From a phage, in sequence record PV419677.1: a DNA stretch of 64,000 nucleotides; one strand, given 5' to 3'. Shown piece by piece: positions 23,139 to 32,555 of this stretch; the first letter of the stretch is position 1; each line of letters begins with the position of its first letter. Under the pieces are notes generated by a model. The model made no database searches. It had not been told where the DNA came from and saw only the letters and a list, made by a program, of their open reading frames with translations. The position numbers and the translations under genes are program-made.

Positions 23139-24419
23139 ATGGCAAAGATTAACAAATTACTGCGCGAGTCAACTATTACTACCAGCAACTCCTTGGGCCG
23201 CCCGAATCTTGTTGCTTTGACCCGCGCTACGACTAAATTGATTTACCGCGATATCATCGCTGAACAACGTACTAACCAGCCTGTTGCTGCACTGTATGGT
23301 GTTAAATATCTTACTCCTGATAACGAATTCAGTTTCCAGACGGGCGCTACTTATGGAGGTGAAGTCGGTTCTAAAGACCGTACAACTATTCCAGAGTTAG
23401 CTACAGCCACTCAACCTGTGGCTAAAGGCGAATATGTAAAATACCAAAATATCGTTTATAAAGCTCTGGTTGATAATCCATTTGCATCGACCACAGAAAC
23501 AGTGTTATCTGATGTTCTGCAAGAAGGTCTTATTGCATCGACTATTCGTTTAGTTCCTGATGCGGCACACACCGAGAAATTCGAAGCTGGTGATGTTGAA
23601 ATTAGCAATGCTGTATTCCAGGTTAACAAATGGAATGCCCCGGTTAAAACACGTAAATTGAAAACTGCATTAACTGTTGAACTTGCTCAGGATATGGAAG
23701 CAAATGGTTTTAACGCTCCTGCATTCTTGGAAGACCTGCTTGCCACTATTATGGCAGATGAAATTAACAAAGATGTTCTTCAGTCTCTTATTACCGTTTC
23801 CAAGCGTTATAAAGTAACTGGCGTTTCTGACAATGGCACCATCGATTTAACATACGATGCAGCCCCAGAAGGTGCACGTAAACTGTACGAACTGGTTTGC
23901 GAAATGAACTCCGAAATTCAGAAAACTACATCTTATTCCGGTACCTTTGTTGTTGCCTCTAGCCGTGTTGCTGCTATGTTGGCCGGTTCTGGTTGGTTGA
24001 AACACAGGCCAGAAGACGAACAGTGGCTCCCCGAAACAGCGTACGGTTATTTGATTAATGGCCTCCCTGTATTCTGTGATGTTAACAGTCCATTGGATTA
24101 TGTAACTGTTGGTGTTAAAGAAAATTACGGCGGAAACGAAGTCGTAGGCTCAATTTTCTATGCTCCTTATACCGAAGGCCTGGACTTGGATGATGAAGAG
24201 CACGTTGGTGCGTTTAAGGTCATTGTGGACCCAGACAGCTTGCAGCCATCTATCTCTCTGATGGTTCGTTACGCACTTTCAGCTAACCCGTACACCGTTG
24301 CTAAAGACGATAAAGAAGCTCGTATTATCGATGCAACCAATATGGATTTAATGGCCGGTCAGAGCAATATGTCTTATCTGCTCGGTGTTAAACTTCCGCC
24401 AATCATTTATGAGGCGTAA
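23139..24419 (+). CDS. gp24: Head vertex protein gp24 (copy 1, T4-like)
   Basis: 426 aa; aligns with remembered T4 gp24; TATAAATA at 23105. Confidence 0.9.
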   Translation: MAKINKLLRESTITTSNSLGRPNLVALTRATTKLIYRDIIAEQRTNQPVAALYGVKYLTPDNEFSFQTGATYGGEVGSKDRTTIPELATATQPVAKGEYVKYQNIVYKALVDNPFASTTETVLSDVLQEGLIASTIRLVPDAAHTEKFEAGDVEISNAVFQVNKWNAPVKTRKLKTALTVELAQDMEANGFNAPAFLEDLLATIMADEINKDVLQSLITVSKRYKVTGVSDNGTIDLTYDAAPEGARKLYELVCEMNSEIQKTTSYSGTFVVASSRVAAMLAGSGWLKHRPEDEQWLPETAYGYLINGLPVFCDVNSPLDYVTVGVKENYGGNEVVGSIFYAPYTEGLDLDDEEHVGAFKVIVDPDSLQPSISLMVRYALSANPYTVAKDDKEARIIDATNMDLMAGQSNMSYLLGVKLPPIIYEA

Positions 24420-25703
24420 ATGCAAAAGATTAATGCACTAATTCACGAATCAACATTAACGGCGGCCAACCAGGTCGCCCGTCCTAATTTGCTTTCTTAT
24501 ACTCAAGCCACGAATAAACGAATTTTTAAAGCGCTCGTGGCCGAACAGAAAACTACCCAGCCTGTTGCAGCGCTGTATGGTGTTCGTGTTCTGAACCCAG
24601 ATGATAAAATGACTTATCTCGGTGGAGCAACATTTGCAGGTCAGATTGGTATGTTCGAGCGTAAGAATATTCCAGAATTTACAAACAAAGACGAAGCTTA
24701 TGCAGTCGGCGATATGTTCCAGTTTGAAAGTGTTGTGTTCAAAGTTTTGGAAGCATCCCCATTCGCCGGTACACTCGAAACTGATTTAGGTGAAGTTATT
24801 TCTGAAGCCATTGCTGCTGGGCATATAAGAATGATGTCAGATGCTGCTTTCACTGATAAATTTGAAAAGGGGCATCCTGAAATTGCTGAAGCTGGTTTTC
24901 GTATCGATAAATGGCAGACTGAAGTTAAATCCAGAAAGTTGAAAACTTCTTTAACTGTCGAGCTTGCCCAGGACCTGGAAGCAAACGGTTTTGATGCAAC
25001 AGACTTCATCGATAATATTCTCGGCATTCAAATGGCAGAGGAAATTAATAAGGATGTATTGCAATCCCTTATTACTGTTAGTTCCCGCTTCAAGGTGCAA
25101 GGTGTTTCGGAAAAAGGTGTATTGAATCTTACTGACCCGAAATATGATAATGCCCAGGACCGCGCACGAACCCTGTATTATTATATGTGTGAAATGAATT
25201 CTGCAGTTCAACGTCAGACTTCGTTTGCTGGTACATATGCAGTTGCTTCTTCCCGTTGTGCAGCTATTTTAGCCGCTTCTGGCTGGGTTGAGAAAAAGGA
25301 AGACCAGGATGAATTGGCCTATGGTGTTCTGAAGAACGGTTTGCCTCTTTACGCTGATATGAATAGTCCATGCGATTATGTTATTGTTGGTGTAAATGCG
25401 GATATGGGTGAAGGTCAGACGGTCGCATCTTTATATTATGCGCCTTATACGGAAGGACTTAGCGAAGTTGATGATGAGGGTGATACCTCGGTTGGGGAAT
25501 TCAAGGTTATTGTTGACCCTGAAAGCTTACAGCCTACGGTTGCACTGTTAGCTCGTTATGCTTTGACTGCGAACCCTTACACCGTTGCTAAAGATGATAA
25601 AGAAGCTCGCCTTATTGATGGAGCTGATATGGATAAGATGGCTAACCAAAGTCAATTGAGTTCTTATCTTGGCGTTAAACTTCCACCGCTGGAAAAAGAA
25701 TAA
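24420..25703 (+). CDS. Head vertex protein gp24 paralog (copy 2, divergent)
   Basis: 427 aa; roughly half-identical to copy 1 by eye, with shared blocks RKLKT.LTVELAQDLEANGF and TANPYTVAKDDKEAR; ATG directly abuts copy 1 stop (TAAATG). Confidence 0.85.
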   Translation: MQKINALIHESTLTAANQVARPNLLSYTQATNKRIFKALVAEQKTTQPVAALYGVRVLNPDDKMTYLGGATFAGQIGMFERKNIPEFTNKDEAYAVGDMFQFESVVFKVLEASPFAGTLETDLGEVISEAIAAGHIRMMSDAAFTDKFEKGHPEIAEAGFRIDKWQTEVKSRKLKTSLTVELAQDLEANGFDATDFIDNILGIQMAEEINKDVLQSLITVSSRFKVQGVSEKGVLNLTDPKYDNAQDRARTLYYYMCEMNSAVQRQTSFAGTYAVASSRCAAILAASGWVEKKEDQDELAYGVLKNGLPLYADMNSPCDYVIVGVNADMGEGQTVASLYYAPYTEGLSEVDDEGDTSVGEFKVIVDPESLQPTVALLARYALTANPYTVAKDDKEARLIDGADMDKMANQSQLSSYLGVKLPPLEKE

Positions 25704-25727
25704 GGGCCTTGCGGCCCTTTTTTTATT
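25704..25727. terminator. Bidirectional terminator between gp24 paralog (+) and rnlB (-)
   Basis: GGGCCTTGCGGCCC followed by TTTTTTT. Confidence 0.65.
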
Positions 25728-26730
25728 CACTAATTAATGCAATCCATACATGTCTTAATGTTTCTTTTACATTTGCGATAAGTTGCTTTTTAACTTCAAC
25801 AGGATTTTCTGTCTGGGTTAATTCAAGTCCTTCACGACCCGCTTCTTCCAGGATATCCTGGACAGTCAAACCCATTACCTTCCCAAAATCCTTCGGCGAT
25901 ACTTCCCCAATCTTACTGATAACATTGTTAATACGGTTGACAGTCACATAATCAGTAAACTTCCATAAAACATCCAGGTCTTCCTGGGACAACACAACAG
26001 CAGCCTTAATAGGCTTATCAGACTTTTTCTTTTCGCTGAATTTAGAGTTCTTACATTTAATCGCTACACGCTCGCCGTTAGGTAACCATGCAGGAACATC
26101 AGGTTTTAATACAAATCCTTCAGCAGTGAATACTTTACCTTCCACTTTTGCATCAAAATCAGTGGTATTTGCTGTAGTCAATCCTGCGTTATCCACTGTA
26201 AAATTGTAATCAGGGACCACAGAATCCAGGTCATTAGGGAGCTTAATCAAGTCTTCAAAGCTACCTGTGGCCAGGCGTGGAGCAACTTTAAACTTATGAA
26301 TAATACAAAAGGCTTCCATAAGTGTGTCAGTCAGGACGGATTCAGAGCCATCTTCCTTAGTAACGCGGATATCAAACACATAGAAATCTTTATCGCCGTA
26401 ATCCACATTCTTCTGGATACCTGTACCAGCAAACTCACCATAAATCTGGTAAGCCTGGTAATTAATATCCTGTAAAAGTTTCTGCACAGATTTAATAGAA
26501 TCTGCGTAGTTCTTTAATACAATTTCATAACCATAGAAATCTTCTGCAGGTAGGATAGGTCCAGTGCGTTTCGCGCATGTCACATTGTCTTGTTCAATGA
26601 TTAATGAAAAGTTGGTACCATGAATCTTTTCACGAGCTACCCATTCACCGCTGGTGAAGCCTTGCAGGCGAATCTTTTCAATGAACTTGTTATTATAGTG
26701 ATTTTCAAGGCTGTTGTATTTCTTAAACAT
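25723..26730 (-). CDS. rnlB: RNA ligase 2
   Basis: 335 aa (T4 Rnl2 334); N-terminus MFKKY.SLENHYN...EKIHGTNFS with nucleotidyltransferase motif I lysine. Confidence 0.9.
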   Translation of the reverse strand: MFKKYNSLENHYNNKFIEKIRLQGFTSGEWVAREKIHGTNFSLIIEQDNVTCAKRTGPILPAEDFYGYEIVLKNYADSIKSVQKLLQDINYQAYQIYGEFAGTGIQKNVDYGDKDFYVFDIRVTKEDGSESVLTDTLMEAFCIIHKFKVAPRLATGSFEDLIKLPNDLDSVVPDYNFTVDNAGLTTANTTDFDAKVEGKVFTAEGFVLKPDVPAWLPNGERVAIKCKNSKFSEKKKSDKPIKAAVVLSQEDLDVLWKFTDYVTVNRINNVISKIGEVSPKDFGKVMGLTVQDILEEAGREGLELTQTENPVEVKKQLIANVKETLRHVWIALISE

Positions 26731-26827
26731 AATCTCTCACTTTTGATGTTATAAATATCATTATAAATTAGACCCGCTATACTTTTTTTCTCTGAAAGGA
26801 ATTAATAGTCACAAAGGGTCTAGAACC

Positions 26828-26855
26828 ATTATACCGCATTTTTATTTGAAGCAAA
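26828..26855 (-). promoter_or_regulatory. MotA-dependent middle-type promoter upstream of rnlB
   Basis: Minus strand TTTTGCTTCAAA (MotA box) then 13 nt then TATAAT. Confidence 0.55.
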
Positions 26856-26860
26856 AAGGG

Positions 26861-27124
26861 TCAGAATTTTACATACAGCATTGGCTTGGATTCTTGCCAA
26901 TCATAATTCCAGGTAAAAGATGTAAATTTTTCTGCTCGCAGAAATTCAGATATCTTTGCGCGGTTTCCTTCTTCATACTCTTTTTCAGAAACTGCCATAT
27001 TAACAGCATCTTTGCCATTCTCGGCGGCGGCGATAGCCACTTTGCGAAATATAGAAATAAAGTCATTTGCAACTTTATCTTGTGACTCTTTGGCTATTTG
27101 GCGTAGTTCTTCTGCGAATGTCAT
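26861..27124 (-). CDS. Hypothetical protein (T4 24.2-like by position)
   Basis: 87-aa ORF; RBS AAGGTGA; start overlaps upstream stop (ATGA). Confidence 0.5.
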   Translation of the reverse strand: MTFAEELRQIAKESQDKVANDFISIFRKVAIAAAENGKDAVNMAVSEKEYEEGNRAKISEFLRAEKFTSFTWNYDWQESKPMLYVKF

Positions 27125-27324
27125 TTCTTCACCTTTTTGTTATTCAAACGTTTACGATAAACAATCTTTTCTTTCGCTTTAAATTTAGCTTTGGCTTGTT
27201 CTACATCAACCCAGGCCTTTGCCATCTCTTTAGCAGTCCCGCCTAATACCTTGGCGATTTCAATAAATGTCATACCAGATTCATGCAGAAAATGTACTTT
27301 AACCTTATCCATAATGATTCTCAT
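27121..27324 (-). CDS. Hypothetical small basic protein (T4 24.3-like by position)
   Basis: 67-aa ORF with K-rich C-terminus; start site uncertain (Met1 or Met5). Confidence 0.45.
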   Translation of the reverse strand: MRIIMDKVKVHFLHESGMTFIEIAKVLGGTAKEMAKAWVDVEQAKAKFKAKEKIVYRKRLNNKKVKK

Positions 27325-27464
27325 GTTGAGTTAGTGAAGTTATCTTAACATGGAATTTTTAACTTGTAAACATGATTTTTATGCCAGATGAACAATTGCA
27401 TGGTATGGTCACAAAGACTCACTAGAGAAGGGTCCAGGTAACATTTGCCCAGTACCATAAAAAT

Positions 27465-27491
27465 AAAGGGACCCGAAGGTCCCTTTTTAAT
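27465..27491 (-). terminator. Rho-independent terminator after hoc
   Basis: GGGACCCGAAGGTCCC flanked by A/T runs. Confidence 0.65.
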
Positions 27492-28624
27492 TAATAAACG
27501 TAATCGTATATAATACCAGTTTCTAAAGCGGTGCGATGAATAACTCGACCATTACGAGATTCTTGTACATCAACCTCTGGATAGTCGGTAATCATTTTTT
27601 GAAGTGTGTATCGGTGCAAATAATACGGGCTATCCGGGTCATCAGTTTTCCAGTCTTGGCCGGCAAGAGTCATTTTCTGAATTTCATCCATAACCCACCA
27701 ACCACACCAGATATAAGCTGAATTACGTACTGGCAATGGGTGAATATATGGTAATTCGCCATCTGGAACTGGTGCGACTTTAGCCGTGACTGTTACATTA
27801 CCAGTTTTGGTAACGGTTACAGGGTTATAATCTGTAGCAGATACAACAACAGAAACTTCAATTAACTGGGAACCTTCGGCGCTTGTATCGATTGCTAAAG
27901 TATCCGTGGTACCAGCGACTGGTGAACCATCTTTCTTCCAAGAATAGGCAAAAGTAGCACCAGCAGGCGCACCGGCTACAGTAGCTTTAAAAGAAGCCGG
28001 AGTTCCTTCAGGAACATTAATAGAGGTCGGTGCTAAAGTAACAGAAACACCCGACATAGTTTTCTTAACAAAAGTTACCGCAGCTCCTTTAGATGCGGTG
28101 CCATTATTATAATCGGGTGCAGAAACAGTAACTTCACAGTTCAATGTATAATTTGCTTCTGCTGATTCGGTGACGGTAATAGTTTTACCAGTTTGACCTG
28201 CGATTACGCTAGTGTTACGTTTCCAAACGTAAGCGATTGTTGCACCAGAAGGAGCGCCTGTCACGTTAGCAGTAACAACTTGAGATTGCCCCACTTCTTT
28301 AGTAACAGAGGCAGGGTCTAAAGTCAATGTAATAGCAGGCATTGTTTTATTCTGGATAGTTAAAGTTGTCTCAGCCTCAGCAGTTTCCGGTTCACCGTCT
28401 GCCGGAGTGGTAGTTGCAACAACTTTAATAGTCTTACTGCCTGCTGGGCCAACAGCGACATAATCCATTGCTGCAGTCACAGAAGATTGAGGAACGCCAT
28501 CAACGGTCCATACAAATGATTCAACACCTTCAGCTGCAGCACCAGAGCCGGTTGCAGTGAAATTGGTTGTTGCTCCAATAACGGCCGTAGCCGCCAAAGG
28601 AGCAATAGCTACGGTATAAGCCAT
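27491..28624 (-). CDS. hoc: Highly immunogenic outer capsid protein Hoc (tandem Ig-like domains plus capsid-binding C-terminus)
   Basis: 377 aa (T4 376); repeated about 90-aa T/V/A-rich beta modules; terminator hairpin downstream. Confidence 0.8.
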   Translation of the reverse strand: MAYTVAIAPLAATAVIGATTNFTATGSGAAAEGVESFVWTVDGVPQSSVTAAMDYVAVGPAGSKTIKVVATTTPADGEPETAEAETTLTIQNKTMPAITLTLDPASVTKEVGQSQVVTANVTGAPSGATIAYVWKRNTSVIAGQTGKTITVTESAEANYTLNCEVTVSAPDYNNGTASKGAAVTFVKKTMSGVSVTLAPTSINVPEGTPASFKATVAGAPAGATFAYSWKKDGSPVAGTTDTLAIDTSAEGSQLIEVSVVVSATDYNPVTVTKTGNVTVTAKVAPVPDGELPYIHPLPVRNSAYIWCGWWVMDEIQKMTLAGQDWKTDDPDSPYYLHRYTLQKMITDYPEVDVQESRNGRVIHRTALETGIIYDYVY

Positions 28625-28633
28625 AATAAACCC

Positions 28634-29299
28634 TTATTTTAAAGTGACAAAAGATGAGTTACGAGTTTCTCGTATTAGAACAGACCCATTACGATTGATG
28701 TAATAAATCAAACTGAATAGGGTTTGATGCGCGGTGGGATGTGGGAAAGCAGTTGGACGTTCTTTCCAATCCGGAGTCTCAGAAATCCACTGATAAATCC
28801 ACCATGGAACAGTACAGAATCCAGGGTTCTTGCCAATAAGCATAAGATTTGGACTAAAGTTTTTTGGTAGAGCAAATACAGGTTTTTCAGATTCGATAAC
28901 CTTAGCAACAGCTGCTTCGAACTTTTCTTCGATAAAAGGAACATCTTCTTCGACCAAAACAACTGGTTCTTCGATTTCAACAACTTCAACCTTTGCTTCG
29001 GTTGGAGCATCAAATAAGAGTTTAGCTTCTTCTTTAGCTGACTCATCGCCATCAAATTTAGCACCTGACAATTCATCGTCAGCATCAATAAGGTCGGTGA
29101 TGCTCAGGCCTTCATTATCATCAGGCATAGGCATGTCAGCAAATGCTTTAAGTCCTGCTTCCAGGTCAGCCAACATATTATCAAAGGTTTTTGTTTTCTT
29201 AACATCAACGCCAAGTGATGCTGCATATTCGGCTAATTTTTCTTTGGCTTCTTTTTTCTCGAGGACACGAATTTCCTCAATGTAGTTCTTGTCAATCAT
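28634..29299 (-). CDS. inh: Inhibitor of prohead protease (Inh-like)
   Basis: 221 aa; position between hoc and uvsW as in T4; acidic internal region. Confidence 0.6.
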   Translation of the reverse strand: MIDKNYIEEIRVLEKKEAKEKLAEYAASLGVDVKKTKTFDNMLADLEAGLKAFADMPMPDDNEGLSITDLIDADDELSGAKFDGDESAKEEAKLLFDAPTEAKVEVVEIEEPVVLVEEDVPFIEEKFEAAVAKVIESEKPVFALPKNFSPNLMLIGKNPGFCTVPWWIYQWISETPDWKERPTAFPHPTAHQTLFSLIYYINRNGSVLIRETRNSSFVTLK

Positions 29300-29317
29300 G
29301 ATGAACCTCGGTTAGTG

Positions 29318-29325
29318 TATAAATA
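29318..29325 (+). promoter_or_regulatory. T4-type late promoter TATAAATA (uvsW)
   Basis: Exact motif about 29 nt upstream of uvsW ATG 29354. Confidence 0.55.
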
Positions 29326-29353
29326 TAGATATATTTATTACCTTGGAATCATC

Positions 29354-30853
29354 ATGGATATTAAAATCAACTTTCTAAATTTTAGTCACGTGCATGTTGA
29401 ATGTGAAGATGGAATCTTCTACGAACTCCGTGATTACTTCAGCTTCGAAGCTGAAAACTATCGCTTCAATCCAAAATTCAAGCAGGGAGTTTGGGACGGA
29501 CGAATCCGCCTCCTGGATTACAATCGTAAATTACCATACGGTTTGGTTAATCAAATTAAAAAGTTCGCTGACCAGTTTGGCTATTCATTCTGGATTGACC
29601 CACAAATCACCGAGAAAGAAGAAATCTCTCGCGAAGAATTCGACAAATGGGTCGAGTCAAAAGAAATCTATTCAGGCAATACTAAGATAACTCCTCATTG
29701 GTATCAATCTGACGCCGTATATGATGGTCTGGTCAACAGAAGAAAGATTCTGAACTTACCTACGTCTGCGGGTAAAAGCCTCATCCAGGCGCTTCTGGCG
29801 CGATATTATCTCGAGAACTATGAAGGCAAAGTACTTATCCTTGTTCCTACAACTGCGCTCGTTGACCAGATGATTAATGACTTTGTTGATTATCGTCTGT
29901 TCCCTCGTGAAGCTTGTCTGGGTATTCGTTCTGGTACCAAACGCGATTCTGATGCGATGATTTATGTATCGACTTATCAGACGGCTGTAAAACAACCTAA
30001 AGAATGGTTTGAACAGTTTGGTCAGTTTATGAATGACGAATGTCATATGGCGACAGGTAAATCAATTTCGACGGTTATCGAAGGCCTTACGAATTGTATG
30101 TTTAAATTTGGTTTGTCAGGTTCACTCCGTGACGGCAAAGCCAACCTTATGCAATATATGGGTCTGTTTGGTGATATCTTTAAACCGGTATCAACATCTA
30201 AATTGATGGAAGATGGTCAGGTCACTGACCTTAAAATAAATAGTATTTTCCTTCGTTACCCTGATGAATTTACCGTTAAAATGAAAGGTAAAACTTATCA
30301 GGATGAAATTAAGGTAATTACAAAAGCTACACGCCGAAATAAATGGGTAACAAATCTTGCTCTCAAGCTTGCTAAAAAAGATGAAAACGTCTTTTTGATG
30401 TTTAAGAATATCGAGCACGGTAAATCGATGTTTGAAATGCTTAAGGAAGCTGGTCATGAGAAAGTGTATTATGTTTCCGGGGAAGTTGATACCGAAACTC
30501 GTAATGCATTAAAGGTCATGGCAGAGAATGGAAAAGGAATTATTGTTGTAGCTTCATACGGTGTATTTTCGACGGGTATTTCCGTTAAAAACCTCCATCA
30601 TATTATTTTCGCTCACCCGGTCAAATCAAAGGTAATTGTACTCCAGACAATTGGCCGCGTGCTTCGAAAACATGAATCCAAATCGACCGCAAACGTTTTT
30701 GATATCGTGGATGATATGGGGGTCAAACCCAAATCAGCAAATGCTAAAAAGAAATATGTTCATTTGAACTTTGCTCTAAAGCATGGTCTTGAACGCATAC
30801 AACGATATGCAGACGAACAATTCAATTATGTAATTAAACAGGTGGAAATATAA
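29354..30853 (+). CDS. uvsW: UvsW DNA/RNA helicase
   Basis: N-terminus MDIK..F..FSHV...C matches T4 UvsW; helicase motif I PTSAGKS and motif II DECH; TATAAATA at 29318; track ORF trimmed to ATG 29354. Confidence 0.9.
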   Translation: MDIKINFLNFSHVHVECEDGIFYELRDYFSFEAENYRFNPKFKQGVWDGRIRLLDYNRKLPYGLVNQIKKFADQFGYSFWIDPQITEKEEISREEFDKWVESKEIYSGNTKITPHWYQSDAVYDGLVNRRKILNLPTSAGKSLIQALLARYYLENYEGKVLILVPTTALVDQMINDFVDYRLFPREACLGIRSGTKRDSDAMIYVSTYQTAVKQPKEWFEQFGQFMNDECHMATGKSISTVIEGLTNCMFKFGLSGSLRDGKANLMQYMGLFGDIFKPVSTSKLMEDGQVTDLKINSIFLRYPDEFTVKMKGKTYQDEIKVITKATRRNKWVTNLALKLAKKDENVFLMFKNIEHGKSMFEMLKEAGHEKVYYVSGEVDTETRNALKVMAENGKGIIVVASYGVFSTGISVKNLHHIIFAHPVKSKVIVLQTIGRVLRKHESKSTANVFDIVDDMGVKPKSANAKKKYVHLNFALKHGLERIQRYADEQFNYVIKQVEI

Positions 30854-31080
30854 TGAAATCCTTTGAAGAAATTATGTACGAAGCATCAATTGAAGGCTTT
30901 ATGGCTAAGATTGGTTCCTGTCAGACCATGGACGGTCTGAAGGAGTTGGAAGGCTATTATAAAAAACGCAGCAAAGAAGCCGAACTAAAAGATTCCGATG
31001 ATATCAGTGTTCGCGATGCTCTTGCCGGTAAACGCGCCGAGCTTGAGGATATGGACGAAGACGAAGACGAAGATTTCTAA
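30853..31080 (+). CDS. uvsW.1: UvsW.1 small acidic protein
   Basis: 75 aa; ATG overlaps uvsW stop; acidic C-terminus. Confidence 0.7.
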   Translation: MKSFEEIMYEASIEGFMAKIGSCQTMDGLKELEGYYKKRSKEAELKDSDDISVRDALAGKRAELEDMDEDEDEDF

Positions 31081-31138
31081 ATAAAAAGGCCCCAACCAAA
31101 AGGAAGGGGCAAAACCAAAAATGGTTAACAACACTAGC

Positions 31139-31306
31139 TAAATTAAAAGTTGGGTCTCGTTCAGTTGCTCTTCTGTATTTTCCGTAACTGGCAAACTCTG
31201 AACATAATTATAACAGGCGCCCGGATGCACCGGACCTTGGTCTGTATCCACAACCAATGCAGAATCGATTGGAGTTTTACAGACAACACAAATCTTATCT
31301 GACATG
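31139..31306 (-). CDS. Small Cys-containing protein (uvsY.-2-like)
   Basis: 55-aa ORF below the track threshold, found by hand: MSDKICVVCKTP...HPGACYNY; RBS GGAGACAATC before ATG 31306. Confidence 0.5.
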
Positions 31307-31444
31307 ATTGTCTCCTCAGTTAAACTTACATATCTATTTAGTGCTCTTCATAATAGCAGCACGAGCTTTCATCTCATTAACAATTTCAGTTATTCGGTTT
31401 GCAGAGATAACCATCTCGTCGAGAATCTTACTAATATTTTTCAT

Positions 31445-31678
31445 TTAATTTTCCTTAAAGTATCTCATACCAGTATCTATCCCCATATTGTGAGAATAGA
31501 ACGCATCATCGATGTATCCTGCAAATTTACCTTTAACATAGATAACATCTTCACCGCAAGGGTGGTCAGCGCAGATACGAATATCTGCACGATTCAATTT
31601 CCATTCCTTCATCATATACTTAATTTCTTCTTCGAACTCTTCGTCTTGGTTAAACGCATCGTCGATAGAATATCGCAT
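31445..31678 (-). CDS. Hypothetical protein (uvsY.-1-like)
   Basis: 77-aa ORF directly downstream of uvsY. Confidence 0.55.
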   Translation of the reverse strand: MRYSIDDAFNQDEEFEEEIKYMMKEWKLNRADIRICADHPCGEDVIYVKGKFAGYIDDAFYSHNMGIDTGMRYFKEN

Positions 31679-32112
31679 TATTTGCCTGCCTCGAATTGTC
31701 TTATTTCTAACATATGTTTAAGTGCGAAACTTCGCGACTTAACACCATCTAATGCAGCGCTACAGAAGTCCTGGAGTAGTGCCCAATACTGAATTGAAGT
31801 ATCAATCTTCAGTATGTTTGAATCTGCTGCCATGACTGTTTTCAATTCCGACTTCTCGTATACATCCATGCATACCTCTTCCCCTGGGTCACCTCTTCCA
31901 GTATAATGGTCTAGTCGTTTTTTCAGTGCAGTTTTCTTCTGAATCTCAAGACGCATTATTTCTTTCTTGCAGTTGGTATACAATCTCAACCATTTGCTAT
32001 GCAACAAAACGTTGTTTTGTGTTTCATATTGAAGTTGCGTACCATCAATTTTTAAATCCGCATCTAACTCATCCTGAAAGACTTCTAACTTATATTCAAT
32101 CTCTGTTTTCAT
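31678..32112 (-). CDS. uvsY: Recombination mediator UvsY
   Basis: Start trimmed to Met11 (MKTEIEY...); aligns with remembered T4 UvsY (..QYE..NNV.L.SKWL...EIMR.E.QKK.ALK.RLD.Y.GRGD...FEAGK); MotA-type middle promoter upstream. Confidence 0.85.
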   Translation of the reverse strand: MKTEIEYKLEVFQDELDADLKIDGTQLQYETQNNVLLHSKWLRLYTNCKKEIMRLEIQKKTALKKRLDHYTGRGDPGEEVCMDVYEKSELKTVMAADSNILKIDTSIQYWALLQDFCSAALDGVKSRSFALKHMLEIRQFEAGK

Positions 32113-32140
32113 AATGTATCCAATGTAAGGGTCTAGAACC

Positions 32141-32167
32141 ATTATACAGCCATAAAATTAAAGCATT
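32141..32167 (-). promoter_or_regulatory. MotA-dependent middle promoter of uvsY, candidate ori(uvsY)/oriF equivalent
   Basis: Minus strand AATGCTTTAA (MotA box) then 12 nt then TATAAT, upstream of the uvsY start. Confidence 0.6.
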
Positions 32168-32555
32168 AACCGTTTTGACTTAGCTGAATCCTGATTTGTT
32201 CGAGGGTGTCAGGGTCATCAACAATGCTGAACTGAACCGTTACGATAATGGAGTTATCATCATACATAGGGACAACTGCAACCTGTAGATTGCTTATTCT
32301 TGGTTCGAAGTTCCGCACCGCGGAGACGATGTTGCGTTTAATGGTATCTGTAATTAACGGTGTGATATTCTCAAAAAGCTGATTACTTATATCACATCCA
32401 AATTCAGGCATAAAAGGCCGTGACCCTTTTCTTGTGGTGATTATTCCCAGAAGACTGTTCTTAACAGACCTTGCACCAGTTACTTTAGCAACGTCTTTAT
32501 CCCAACTTGTAGATAAGTCGGGAGATACATCGCTATACATTTTGTTTATATTCAT
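32166..32555 (-). CDS. gp25: Baseplate wedge protein gp25
   Basis: 129 aa (T4 132); ...IITTRKGSRPF.PEFGCD...QLFEN.TPL... matches T4 gp25. Confidence 0.9.
   Translation of the reverse strand: MNINKMYSDVSPDLSTSWDKDVAKVTGARSVKNSLLGIITTRKGSRPFMPEFGCDISNQLFENITPLITDTIKRNIVSAVRNFEPRISNLQVAVVPMYDDNSIIVTVQFSIVDDPDTLEQIRIQLSQNG

Noticed and set aside
29394-29690. 98-aa alternative-frame ORF at the start of uvsW
   Set aside because: Overlaps the uvsW N-terminus, which aligns to T4 UvsW in another frame.
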